Source: Flavobacteriaceae bacterium (GTDB lineage Bacteria; Bacteroidota; Bacteroidia; Flavobacteriales; Flavobacteriaceae). From it: a stretch of DNA of 64,000 bases. The DNA is taken from positions 1,341 through 65,340 of the forward strand of contig JAHEMZ010000007.1 in the NCBI GenBank assembly GCA_024643385.1, written 5' to 3'. Below the pieces are notes generated by a model that was not told where the DNA came from, did not search any database, and saw only the letters and a list, made by a program, of their open reading frames with translations. Positions 37,146 through 45,912 of this stretch are shown piece by piece. Each line of letters opens with the position of its first letter. Positions within the stretch are counted from its first letter, which is position 1. Made by a program: the position numbers and the translations under genes.

Positions 37146-38152
37146 TGCGTTTTCTACAATCTAAAATGTTCGGAGCGATGTTATTGCTCATCTTCATCTT
37201 CCTGATTGGAGTGATGGGGTTTAAGGTCATATATTCATATAGTTGGATCGACGCTTTTTATATGACCGTAATAACGATCACTACGGTGGGATTTGGAGAA
37301 TTACATCCGATGTCGTCATCGGAAAAGATATTCACATCTTTCCTTATTCTTTCGAGTATCTTCATCTTGGGGTATTCGATTAAAGTGATTTCAGAATATT
37401 TATTGAGTAAAAGTAATATTGGTAACTTAAGACATAAAAAAGTGCAAGAAAAGATCGACAAGCTCCATAATCACGTGATTGTTTGTGGTTTTGGAAGAAA
37501 TGGAAAACAAGCTGCTCAAAAGTTAGATGCCTATAAAAAAGGGTATGTGATCGTTGAAATGAGAGAGGACGTAGTGGAAAGGTTCTATGACGAAAAACAT
37601 TTGTTTGTTCACGGAAATGCTAATGAAGATGAGGTCTTGATCAAAGCAGGAATTGAAAGGGCTTCCACTGTTATATGTGCGCTTCCCAGCGATGCCGACA
37701 ATCTTTTTATTGTGCTTTCAGCAAGGCAAATAAATAAAAACCTTAAGATAATAAGTAGAGCTACCGAAGAGACATCCTATCAAAAATTGAAATTGGCAGG
37801 AGCGGATAACGTGATCATGCCCGATAAGATTGGAGGTGAGCATATGGCTTCCTTGGTCGTTGTCCCGGATCTGGTTGAATTCTTGGATAATTTATCTGTT
37901 TCAGGAGAACAGGACAGTATTAATGTGGAACAAGTTCCTTTTGAAAAGGTCTGTCCAAGCGGTAAGGAACAAGCCATAAGTGATTTGGATCTTCGTAAGA
38001 AAACGGGTTGTTCCATTATTGGATATAAAACCCCGGAGGGCGAATATGTGGTAAATCCTGAGCCATCTTTGATCTTAAAAAAAGATTCCAAATTGATTTT
38101 GATCGGACGTCCCAACCAGATCGAAAGTTTAAAACAATTGTATCATGTTTAA
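37142..38152 (+). CDS. two-TM potassium channel with RCK (TrkA-N/TrkA-C) domains
   Basis: 336 aa. K+ selectivity filter TTVGFGE, Rossmann motif VIVCGFGRNGKQAA, C-terminal TrkA-C-like region. Confidence 0.85.
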   Translation: MMRFLQSKMFGAMLLLIFIFLIGVMGFKVIYSYSWIDAFYMTVITITTVGFGELHPMSSSEKIFTSFLILSSIFILGYSIKVISEYLLSKSNIGNLRHKKVQEKIDKLHNHVIVCGFGRNGKQAAQKLDAYKKGYVIVEMREDVVERFYDEKHLFVHGNANEDEVLIKAGIERASTVICALPSDADNLFIVLSARQINKNLKIISRATEETSYQKLKLAGADNVIMPDKIGGEHMASLVVVPDLVEFLDNLSVSGEQDSINVEQVPFEKVCPSGKEQAISDLDLRKKTGCSIIGYKTPEGEYVVNPEPSLILKKDSKLILIGRPNQIESLKQLYHV

Positions 38153-38246
38153 GATGGACGACAATAATTAGAGTTCAAAAATTTGAAATCGCCGTTTTTT
38201 TTAGCATCTTGCTAACCCTTAAAAATTTCTAACTAAAAAACCAATT

Positions 38247-39938
38247 ATGAAGAAATATCTTCTAGCCATTCTAACTTTCTTAATTCCTATAATCACTTTT
38301 GCCCAAGAAGGTACTGAGGTAGGTATTGACCAAAAGATCGATCAGGCTTTTGCGCCCATTGCCGAATTTTTTACCCATGTAATTTTCTTTGAGATAGCGG
38401 GCACCCCATTCGTATTAATCTTATTGGTGGGTAGTGCTGCGTTTTTTACCTTGTATTTTGGCTTCCCAAATGTTCGTTATTTCTGGCGAGCCATTCAAAC
38501 CGTTAGAGGGAAGTATGAAGATATTGAGAAACACGGAGCTAAAATATTGTACGGAGAAGAAGGGATCGCTCAAGGAAAAGACTTGACAAAGGTAGATGAT
38601 ATAGAAGAACATATTGATAATCTGCCGGATGATCTGGCCATCGATGGTGATATTAAGGATACCATTAGGGACGAAAGCTCTCATGGTGAAGTGTCGCATT
38701 TTCAAGCACTTGCTACTGCTGTATCCGGAACAGTTGGGAATGGGAATATTGCCGGTGTCGCTTTAGCGATTGCCCTAGGTGGACCCGGAGCTACTTTCTG
38801 GATGGTTGTTTGCGGTTTCCTTGGAATGTCCACCAAATTTGTGGAATGTACCCTGGGGGTGCAGTATCGGGATGTAGGCGAGGACGGGACTGTTTATGGA
38901 GGTCCCATGTATTATCTGACAAAAGGATTGAAAGACCGGGGGATGGCAACGTTAGGAAAAATTGCAGCGGTACTTTTTGCTATCTTTTGTATCGGGGGTT
39001 CTTTTGGCGGAGGAAATGCGGCGCAGTCCAATCAAGCGACTATTGTACTTAAGGAATTATTTGAATTAGAAAGCACAGGCGCCGGTTTTTGGATTGGTGT
39101 GATGATCGCATTCTTTGTGGGAATTATCATTATTGGCGGGATCAAGCGAATCGCTTCCGTCACCGAAAAGATCGTGCCGTTCATGGCCATTTTGTATATC
39201 GCGTGTTGTCTTTATATCATTTTCGTAAACTTTGGACTTTTAGACGATGCAATTGCACTTATCTTTAGAGAAGCATTTAATCCTAAAGCTATTGGAGTGG
39301 GAGGGGTAATAGGAGTATTATTGGTTGGTTTTAAACGAGCTGCCTTCTCCAATGAAGCAGGAGCCGGATCAGCCTCCATTGCTCACTCCGCGGTGCGAAC
39401 CAAATATTCAGCCAGTGAAGGATTAGTGGCATTATTAGAACCATTTATCGATACGGTCGTCATCTGTACAATGACTGCTTTGGTGATCATTATCTTTAAT
39501 TTTGGTGGTTTCTTCGAATACGGAGGAGATGGTACCGGAGCGGTGCTTATCAATGGAGTTTCTTACGAAGGTGCGGGGATTACTTCTATAGCTTTTGCTG
39601 AATATATTCCTTATTCAAAAATATTCCTGACGATTGCCGTTGTGCTTTTTGCAGTTTCTACGATGATCTCATGGTCTTACTACGGACTGCAATCTTGGAA
39701 ATTCCTTTTTGGAAGAGGTAAAAGAGCAGACTTAGTTTATAAGGTACTGTTCCTTGCATTTATCATTATTGGAGCCGCAGCTAGCATGGGCTCAATCTGG
39801 GATTTCTCGGATGCCATGATCTTTGCAATGGTCTTCCCGAATATGGTGGGATTATACCTTCTGTTCCCGGTAGTGAAAAAGCAATTGAAACGGTATCTGG
39901 ATGCCATCAATCTAAAACGCGAGGCGTTGGAAGAATAA
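38247..39938 (+). CDS. alanine/glycine:cation symporter (AGCS) family transporter
   Basis: 563 aa, polytopic. SHFQALATAVSGTVGNGNIAGVA, FWMVVCGFLGMSTKFVECTL, GPMYYL and FSNEAGAGSA are AGCS hallmarks. Confidence 0.85.
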   Translation: MKKYLLAILTFLIPIITFAQEGTEVGIDQKIDQAFAPIAEFFTHVIFFEIAGTPFVLILLVGSAAFFTLYFGFPNVRYFWRAIQTVRGKYEDIEKHGAKILYGEEGIAQGKDLTKVDDIEEHIDNLPDDLAIDGDIKDTIRDESSHGEVSHFQALATAVSGTVGNGNIAGVALAIALGGPGATFWMVVCGFLGMSTKFVECTLGVQYRDVGEDGTVYGGPMYYLTKGLKDRGMATLGKIAAVLFAIFCIGGSFGGGNAAQSNQATIVLKELFELESTGAGFWIGVMIAFFVGIIIIGGIKRIASVTEKIVPFMAILYIACCLYIIFVNFGLLDDAIALIFREAFNPKAIGVGGVIGVLLVGFKRAAFSNEAGAGSASIAHSAVRTKYSASEGLVALLEPFIDTVVICTMTALVIIIFNFGGFFEYGGDGTGAVLINGVSYEGAGITSIAFAEYIPYSKIFLTIAVVLFAVSTMISWSYYGLQSWKFLFGRGKRADLVYKVLFLAFIIIGAAASMGSIWDFSDAMIFAMVFPNMVGLYLLFPVVKKQLKRYLDAINLKREALEE

Positions 39939-39992
39939 TCTAACTTAATACATAAACTCCCCTCAATATTAATGATATAAAAGAGTGGAGTT

Positions 39993-40868
39993 ATGATCAA
40001 TCCTATTTTTAAATCCCACTTTAACTTCAGTAGAAGTGAACAAAGTGGGATTTTAATTTTAATTATTTTGACAGCTATTTTGATAATGGTGAATTACTTC
40101 TATCCCATTCCCGAGCCGGTGTCGTTGGATGTGAGTGCACCACATATTGTGCACTTACAAAAGGAAATGGATTCGCTTTGGGAATTAGAATTAGAGAGGA
40201 AGAAGCCTAAACTATATCCCTTCAACCCTAATTTTATTACCGATTTCAAGGCTTACACCTTAGGTATGAGCCCCGAACAATTTGACGCGTTGAAAGCCTT
40301 TCGGGAGAGTGGGAACTGGATTCGATCTGTTGGAGATTTTAAAGAAGTGACCGGGGTGGATGAGATCTGGTTGGATTCGATCGGTGGTTACTTCAAGTTT
40401 CCGAAATGGGTAAGCCGTCCGGATAAGACGGAAAGATATAAAAAGGATGCGGTGCTGAGCTATACTCAAAAAAAAGATCTTAATACGGCTACCGGTGAAG
40501 AATTGCAAAAGGTATATGGAATAGGTCCCGCCTTAAGTGAGCGGATCATAAAATACCGGTCAAAGCTGGGTAGCTTCACCGATGACATTCAGATTTATTT
40601 TGTGTACGGTCTGGAGGAGACTGTCGTGGAAAAATTACTACGTCAATTCACCGTGAAAACCCCTAAACAGATCGAAAAGATCAATATCAATACAGCTTCC
40701 GCTTCTGATATCGCTACCGTTCCGGGAATTTCATTTTCACTGGCAAAAGCTATCTGGGAGTTTATTCTACTGCACGATGGATTACACGACCTTAATGAAT
40801 TAACAAAATTTGAAGAAATTACGGCGCGAAAATTGACGTTAATTCAGTTATATTTGTCCACTGATTAA
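39993..40868 (+). CDS. ComEA-like helix-hairpin-helix DNA-binding membrane protein
   Basis: 291 aa. N-terminal TM helix and two HhH units (DLNTATGEELQKVYGIGPALSERII; NINTASASDIATVPGISFSLAKAI). Confidence 0.7.
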   Translation: MINPIFKSHFNFSRSEQSGILILIILTAILIMVNYFYPIPEPVSLDVSAPHIVHLQKEMDSLWELELERKKPKLYPFNPNFITDFKAYTLGMSPEQFDALKAFRESGNWIRSVGDFKEVTGVDEIWLDSIGGYFKFPKWVSRPDKTERYKKDAVLSYTQKKDLNTATGEELQKVYGIGPALSERIIKYRSKLGSFTDDIQIYFVYGLEETVVEKLLRQFTVKTPKQIEKININTASASDIATVPGISFSLAKAIWEFILLHDGLHDLNELTKFEEITARKLTLIQLYLSTD

Positions 40869-40919
40869 AAGACTTTAAGTAGTTAGTATTCCCTTTAAAG
40901 TCGAAACCAATATCGATCA

Positions 40920-42086
40920 ATGAATCAATTATATTTTACAGAAGAACATGAGTTTTTCAGAAAGTCTTTTCGCGATTTTCTACAGAAAGAAGTAGTACCT
41001 CATATTGATAAATGGGAAAAAACCGGTACCATCGAAAGGTTTATTTGGGAGAAGATGGGCGAAATGGGTTACTTCGGAATTTCATACCCTGAAGCATACG
41101 GCGGGTTAGATCTCGATATTTTCTACATGGTCATTTTTCTGGAGGAAATGCAACGTTTGAATAGTGGAGGCTTCGCGGCCGCGATGTGGGCTCACGCCTA
41201 TCTAGCCATGACCCATCTCGACAAAGAAGGAAATCATGCTCAAAAGCAAAAATATTTAACACCCAGTATTTCAGGCGAAATGATAGGCTGTTTGTGTATC
41301 ACAGAGCCCTTTGGAGGAAGTGATGTGAGCGGAATGCGCTCCACCGCAATCAAAGAGGGCGGACATTATATTCTTAACGGGTCAAAGACATTTATTACCA
41401 ATGGCGTATATAGCGATTATTTGGTGATCGCTGCAAAAACATCTCCGGAACTTGGAAATAAGGGGATCAGTATTTTTGTGGTCGACAGAGATACTCCGGG
41501 GGTTTCGGCGACCAAACTGGATAAGTTGGGCTGGCGCGCCAGCGATACCGGTGAAATCGCATTCGACAATGTAAGGGTTCCTTTGGAAAATTTATTGGGC
41601 GAGGAAAATCAGGGTTTCGGTTATATCATGCAGCACTTTGCTTTGGAGCGATTGATCATGGGTATCAATGCACATGCGCGAAGTGAATGGGCATTGGAAT
41701 ACACCATTCAGTATATGAAGGATCGAACGGCCTTCGGTCAAAGTATTTCTAAATTTCAAGCCCTTCGCCATAAGGTAGCGCAGCTAAGCGCGGAAGTAGA
41801 AGTGAGTAAGACCTTTAATTACCATGTAGCAAAGAGTTTGGGTGATGGACATTATGTGGTGAAAGAAGCCACCATGTCTAAATTAATTTCCACTAAGATC
41901 GCCGATGAGGTGGCTTATGAATGTCTGCAATTGTTGGGAGGTTATGGATACATGGAAGACTACCCCATGGCTCGACTATTTAGAGACAGCAGATTAGGTC
42001 CAATAGGCGGGGGAACTTCTGAAATATTAAGAGAGATCATTGCCAAAATGATCATCGACGGAAAAGAATATAAACCGCTAACCTAA
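40920..42086 (+). CDS. acyl-CoA dehydrogenase
   Basis: 388 aa. CITEPFGGSDV, GSKTFITNG, FGQSISKFQALRHKVA, LGGYGYMEDYP..R..RD.R...I.GGTSEI. Confidence 0.9.
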   Translation: MNQLYFTEEHEFFRKSFRDFLQKEVVPHIDKWEKTGTIERFIWEKMGEMGYFGISYPEAYGGLDLDIFYMVIFLEEMQRLNSGGFAAAMWAHAYLAMTHLDKEGNHAQKQKYLTPSISGEMIGCLCITEPFGGSDVSGMRSTAIKEGGHYILNGSKTFITNGVYSDYLVIAAKTSPELGNKGISIFVVDRDTPGVSATKLDKLGWRASDTGEIAFDNVRVPLENLLGEENQGFGYIMQHFALERLIMGINAHARSEWALEYTIQYMKDRTAFGQSISKFQALRHKVAQLSAEVEVSKTFNYHVAKSLGDGHYVVKEATMSKLISTKIADEVAYECLQLLGGYGYMEDYPMARLFRDSRLGPIGGGTSEILREIIAKMIIDGKEYKPLT

Positions 42087-42095
42087 TTTTTAATA

Positions 42096-43532
42096 ATGCA
42101 GAAGATGAAGTATGGTCGTTTAAAATATTTTTTGATTTTATCAATCGGATTCTTCAGCATCCATAGTTATGCGCAAACCGAGCTTAAAAGTAAGGTAGTG
42201 GACTTCTTGACCTATATGCCGATTGAAAGCGCCAGTGTTTATGTTAAAAATACCACGGTTGGATCTATCAGTAATTCGGATGGAAAATTTGCTTTAGTGG
42301 TTCCTCGGGAATTTGAAAATGACACGCTGGTTGTCTCTTCCATTGGTTACAAGAGTTTTAAAACGGCCATTAAAGATTTTGACGCTACCTCAGATATATT
42401 TTTAGAAGAGGAGGTAGCCTCTCTGGATGAGATCGTTCTGATCGCGGAAACCAGGCCCAAAACAGGGAATGATATTGTCGTAAAGGCGATTGAAAGATTG
42501 AGTAAGAATTTACCCGAACTACCTTATTTACAAAAGGGGTTTTTAAGACACAAGGAGCGAAATAAAAAAGAATATAAATGGCTTATCGAAAGTGCCATCA
42601 CCTTATACGATTCCAGTTATGCTTCCGGTGCCAAGAACAATTTGAAAATAAATGTCGATGAAACCAGAAAGAGCTATGACCTGAGAGATGTGGACAGTTT
42701 ATTTGTGTATTCTTCCTACCTGCGATATCATGCCCATAAAGTAAATATAAGATCGAGGAACTTGATTCGAGATACCATTGAAACAGCCACTTTGGTGTCT
42801 GCGATCAAGTGGAATGATGAGCGAGTGAATGGCTTAGATCATCTTTTTAGAGGAAAACTGAATTTGGTTAGAAACTCCAATGTCTCTCAAGCATTATTTG
42901 GAAGTGAAATACTCGATACACACCAGTTTGAATTGGATACTATTTTGGTGGATGACGGTAAGAAGTTATATAAAATAAAGATTTCCAAAAGTACCGACTT
43001 CATTGGACTGGATACAGAGAATATTTATAATGAAGGATTTGAAGCGAAAGGATGGATCTATATTTATTGGGACAATTATGCCATCAAAAAAATAGAATAT
43101 GAATTGATAGCCGCTTCCGACGCTCAGAAAAAAAGAAGCAAAAGCCTTTTTGACACACAGATCAATCACAAACTCGTTATTACCTATAAAGAGTTTGATG
43201 GAAAAATGTATCCCAACTATCTATATTATGAAGCTCCAAAGTTGGTAAATATCGGGGATCGATCTTCCGATAGAGAAAAGAACGAACAGGAACAAGGGGT
43301 TGACAAGGCAGAACAATTTTATTATACCATCCAGGAAATTGTATTTACAGAGATTATCCAAGATCCGGAAATAATAGCTCAGGCACTTCAAGCAGATTGG
43401 TCGGAAGATATATTTTCATCGAAACCATACAATCAAGAGTTTTGGAAAAACTACAATGTATTACTGGAAAGTGCAGAGGAAGAAAAGTTGATTCAGGATT
43501 TAAGTAAGCGCGCCACTTTATTTAAACAATAA
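42096..43532 (+). CDS. carboxypeptidase-regulatory-like (CarboxypepD_reg) domain protein
   Basis: 478 aa with a signal peptide. N-terminal LKSKVVDFLTYMPIESASVYVKNTTVGSISNSDGKFALVV is the typical beta-sandwich domain. The rest is uncharacterised. Confidence 0.65.
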   Translation: MQKMKYGRLKYFLILSIGFFSIHSYAQTELKSKVVDFLTYMPIESASVYVKNTTVGSISNSDGKFALVVPREFENDTLVVSSIGYKSFKTAIKDFDATSDIFLEEEVASLDEIVLIAETRPKTGNDIVVKAIERLSKNLPELPYLQKGFLRHKERNKKEYKWLIESAITLYDSSYASGAKNNLKINVDETRKSYDLRDVDSLFVYSSYLRYHAHKVNIRSRNLIRDTIETATLVSAIKWNDERVNGLDHLFRGKLNLVRNSNVSQALFGSEILDTHQFELDTILVDDGKKLYKIKISKSTDFIGLDTENIYNEGFEAKGWIYIYWDNYAIKKIEYELIAASDAQKKRSKSLFDTQINHKLVITYKEFDGKMYPNYLYYEAPKLVNIGDRSSDREKNEQEQGVDKAEQFYYTIQEIVFTEIIQDPEIIAQALQADWSEDIFSSKPYNQEFWKNYNVLLESAEEEKLIQDLSKRATLFKQ

Positions 43533-43570
43533 TTTTTAGTTTTTTTTGTGGCAAGTATAATTTTCCTTTT

Positions 43571-43578
43571 TATATTTG
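43571..43578 (+). promoter_or_regulatory. Bacteroidota -7 promoter box (TATATTTG) for rpsU
   Basis: Matches TAnnTTTG, 30 nt upstream of ATG 43609. Confidence 0.45.
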
Positions 43579-43592
43579 CCGTCCCTAAAGAG

Positions 43593-43601
43593 AGGAGGTG
43601 A
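43593..43601 (+). promoter_or_regulatory. strong Shine-Dalgarno element (AGGAGGTGA) of rpsU
   Basis: GGAGG at 43594-43598 lies 10 nt before ATG 43609. I saw no comparably long anti-SD complement in front of the other genes inspected in this window. Confidence 0.7.
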
Positions 43602-43608
43602 TGATACT

Positions 43609-43803
43609 ATGTTAATAATACCAGTAAAAGACGGAGAAAACATTGACAGAGCGCTAAAGCGTTTCAAGCGTAAGTTCGACAAAACGGGCACGATGCGTCA
43701 ATTAAGAGATAGGCAACAATTTACAAAGCCTTCAGTGAGACGTAGAAAGCAAGTTCAAAAGGCTCAATACATCCAGCATCTTAGAGATCAGGAAGAAATT
43801 TAA
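43609..43803 (+). CDS. rpsU: 30S ribosomal protein bS21
   Basis: 64 aa from ATG 43609. MLIIPVKDGENIDRALKRFKRKFDKTGTMRQLRDRQQFTKPSVRRRKQ is canonical S21. Confidence 0.93.
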   Translation: MLIIPVKDGENIDRALKRFKRKFDKTGTMRQLRDRQQFTKPSVRRRKQVQKAQYIQHLRDQEEI

Positions 43804-43826
43804 TATTACTTCCCTTAGAATACTTT

Positions 43827-43862
43827 AAATCCGCCACGGCAATTCGTCCGGCGGATTTTTTT
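43827..43862 (+). terminator. rho-independent terminator after rpsU
   Basis: 9-bp stem AAATCCGCC/GGCGGATTT followed by a T run. Confidence 0.7.
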
Positions 43863-43938
43863 ATGTCCTGAACCGATCATCAAGTTCTAAAGTTTATTGT
43901 AAATTTAACGAGCAACCTACATCAAAAATTAATGATCC

Positions 43939-44835
43939 ATGCCCTTTAAGGATTTTATTGATTACCTGCAACTGGAAAAGAATTACTCGACACATACGGT
44001 GCTGGCGTATGAGAACGACTTAAGAGATTTTTCAAATTTTGCGGAAGAGAATTTCGATTATAAGGATATCAAACGGGTCAACTACAGCATTGTGAGAAGC
44101 TGGATCGTTAGATTGGTGGATAGTGGTATATCCAATCGAACGGTGAACAGAAAGATGTCTTCTCTAAAAACCTACTATAAGTTCTTGCTAAAAACAGGTC
44201 AAATCGAGGAGAACCCAATGGCCAAGCATAAGTCATTGAAAACGAACAAAAAACTTCAAGTTCCTTTTTCAGAAAATGAAATCGATCAGGTGATCAATTT
44301 ACTGGCGGAAGAGGAAGGGTTTGTGGGTCTGCGAAACAAGCTCATCGTAGAGCTTTTTTATGCCACCGGTATGCGAAGGACAGAACTGGTGAACCTAAAG
44401 GTAGCTGATGTGTCATTTTATCAGAATACCCTCAAGGTATTGGGGAAAAGAAATAAGGAACGTATAATTCCCATTATACCGTCTACGTTAAAGACCCTGG
44501 AACAATATTTAGATGAACGAAGTCGTTTAGAAAATATAAAGGATGAACGCTATTTATTACTTTCTGAAAAGGGAGTTAAAATATATGAAACACTTGTTTA
44601 CAGAATTATAAATTCCTATTTTAGTAAAGCATCAGAAAAGGTCAAGAAAAGCCCCCATATCTTACGCCATTCTTTTGCAACGCATCTTCTGAATGAAGGA
44701 GCCGATTTGAACGCAGTCAAAGAACTGCTGGGGCATGCGAGTTTAGCGTCGACGCAGGTGTATACTCATAATAGTATTGCTCAGTTGAAACAAGTTTACA
44801 AAAGCGCGCATCCTAGAAATTCGAATAAGGACTAA
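43939..44835 (+). CDS. XerC/XerD-type tyrosine site-specific recombinase
   Basis: 298 aa. N-terminal SAM-like domain (YLQLEKNYSTHTVLAYENDLRDF), catalytic residues in ATGMRRTEL, HILRHSFATHLL and LGHASLASTQVYTH. Confidence 0.85.
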   Translation: MPFKDFIDYLQLEKNYSTHTVLAYENDLRDFSNFAEENFDYKDIKRVNYSIVRSWIVRLVDSGISNRTVNRKMSSLKTYYKFLLKTGQIEENPMAKHKSLKTNKKLQVPFSENEIDQVINLLAEEEGFVGLRNKLIVELFYATGMRRTELVNLKVADVSFYQNTLKVLGKRNKERIIPIIPSTLKTLEQYLDERSRLENIKDERYLLLSEKGVKIYETLVYRIINSYFSKASEKVKKSPHILRHSFATHLLNEGADLNAVKELLGHASLASTQVYTHNSIAQLKQVYKSAHPRNSNKD

Positions 44836-44854
44836 CTAAAAAATCATTTCGCCT

Positions 44855-45157
44855 ATGAAAGTGAATGTAGAAACCCCCAATTTTGCAGCCGACATTAAGT
44901 TAATCGATTTTATCGAAAAGAAACTCTCCAAATTGGAGTTGTTTTATGATAAAATAATCTTTGCGGACGTCTTTTTGAAAGTTAAAAAAACCAGTGAAAA
45001 AGAAAATAAGATCGTTGAAATTTTATTAAGTGTTCCCGGTGAGAATTTGATAATTAAGAAGGAAGCAAAAACCTTCGAAGAAGCGACTGATGAATGCGCT
45101 CAATCTTTAGAGCGACAGCTAAAGAAAAAGAAGGAAAAACAAAGAGCTTATCTGTAG
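44855..45157 (+). CDS. hpf: ribosome hibernation-promoting factor / RaiA family (short form)
   Basis: 100 aa. The sequence is of the sigma-54-modulation/S30EA type (IDFIEKKLSKLELFYDKII.ADVFLK), in the conserved position upstream of the tRNA-tuf cluster. Confidence 0.8.
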   Translation: MKVNVETPNFAADIKLIDFIEKKLSKLELFYDKIIFADVFLKVKKTSEKENKIVEILLSVPGENLIIKKEAKTFEEATDECAQSLERQLKKKKEKQRAYL

Positions 45158-45200
45158 TTTATTTTTTTTCAAAAATATTTTTTCAATACAAATATTTATT

Positions 45201-45208
45201 TACATTTG
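45201..45208 (+). promoter_or_regulatory. -7-like box (TACATTTG) upstream of the tRNA-Thr/Tyr genes
   Basis: Matches TAnnTTTG, 62 nt upstream of tRNA-Thr. It immediately precedes the hpf terminator hairpin, so its function is ambiguous. Confidence 0.3.
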
Positions 45209-45209
45209 C

Positions 45210-45236
45210 AGTCCGTTAGAAATAGCGGACTTTTTT
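45210..45236 (+). terminator. rho-independent terminator after hpf
   Basis: 7-bp stem GTCCGTT/AGCGGAC (one G-U), 6-nt loop, then TTTTTT. Confidence 0.55.
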
Positions 45237-45269
45237 ATGCTAAATTTTTAGTAGAAAGAGGCCTAAATT

Positions 45270-45343
45270 GCCGATGTAGCTCAGCTGGTCAGAGCACGTG
45301 ATTTGTAATCTCGGGGTCGGGGGTTCGAATCCCTTCATCGGCT
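45270..45343 (+). tRNA. tRNA-Thr (anticodon UGU)
   Basis: 74 nt, folded by hand. Acceptor GCCGATG/CATCGGC, D arm GCTC..GAGC, anticodon loop TTTGTAA, T arm GGGGG TTCGAAT CCCTT. There is one U-U mismatch in the anticodon stem and two G-U pairs in the T stem. Confidence 0.85.
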
Positions 45344-45378
45344 CTTAAAGTTCTTAAAAATATTGTCATAATTGCACC

Positions 45379-45461
45379 GGGGAGATACTCAAGCGGCCAA
45401 CGAGGACAGACTGTAACTCTGTTGTTTTACGACTTCGCAGGTTCGAATCCTGCTCTCCCCA
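45379..45461 (+). tRNA. tRNA-Tyr (anticodon GUA), long variable arm
   Basis: 83 nt. Acceptor GGGGAGA/TCTCCCC, anticodon stem ACAGA/TCTGT with loop CTGTAAC, T arm GCAGG TTCGAAT CCTGC. Confidence 0.9.
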
Positions 45462-45538
45462 CAATTTTGTTTCATATGTTGAAAGTTGGTTTTTTCTAAA
45501 ATGTCGTTTCAAATTTTTGAAAGAAGACAAAAATTAAC

Positions 45539-45546
45539 TATCTTTG
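45539..45546 (+). promoter_or_regulatory. -7-like box (TATCTTTG) upstream of tRNA-Gly
   Basis: Matches TAnnTTTG in the 160-nt spacer between tRNA-Tyr and tRNA-Gly, 75 nt before tRNA-Gly. Confidence 0.35.
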
Positions 45547-45621
45547 CACGCATTTTTCGGGGTTCATTCCTTGAAATATTTGAAATTTTGAAAGAATGTC
45601 CCAAGATAATTTGGGCTAAAA

Positions 45622-45694
45622 GCGGGAGTAGCTCAGTTGGTAGAGCGTCAGCCTTCCAAGCTGAATGTCGCCGGTTCGAACCCGGTCTCCCGCT
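45622..45694 (+). tRNA. tRNA-Gly (anticodon UCC)
   Basis: 73 nt. Acceptor GCGGGAG/CTCCCGC, anticodon stem TCAGC/GCTGA with loop CTTCCAA, T loop TTCGAAC. Confidence 0.92.
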
Positions 45695-45703
45695 CAAAGA
45701 GAT

Positions 45704-45741
45704 CTTCAAGAAGAGGAACTGGTTCCTGACTTGAAGTTTTT
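45704..45741 (+). terminator. strong hairpin plus T run immediately after tRNA-Gly
   Basis: Composite stem CTTCAAG..AGGAAC TG GTTCCT..CTTGAAG followed by TTTTT. It starts 10 nt after the tRNA-Gly 3' end. Confidence 0.65.
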
Positions 45742-45786
45742 CTTGTTACCGAAAAGTAACAACACTCTAAACCGTAACCAGTTAAA

Positions 45787-45858
<72 letters not shown>

Positions 45859-45912
45859 CAAAATTGTACACAATTGAACACTAATATATAACTAAGATTA
45901 AATTAATACAAA

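Noticed and set aside
43939-44835. Tyrosine recombinase as the integrase of a mobile element or genomic island next to tRNA genes
   Set aside because: It has XerC/D-like architecture and sits in the rpsU-xer-hpf-tRNA-tuf arrangement that I recall as conserved in Bacteroidota. I saw no direct repeats of tRNA 3' ends, no cargo genes and no excisionase nearby.
45486-45734. 82-aa (+) and 66-aa (-) ORFs in the tRNA cluster
   Set aside because: Both span the hand-folded tRNA-Gly(UCC) gene and its flanking promoter/terminator signals. They are artefacts of translating a structured RNA region.
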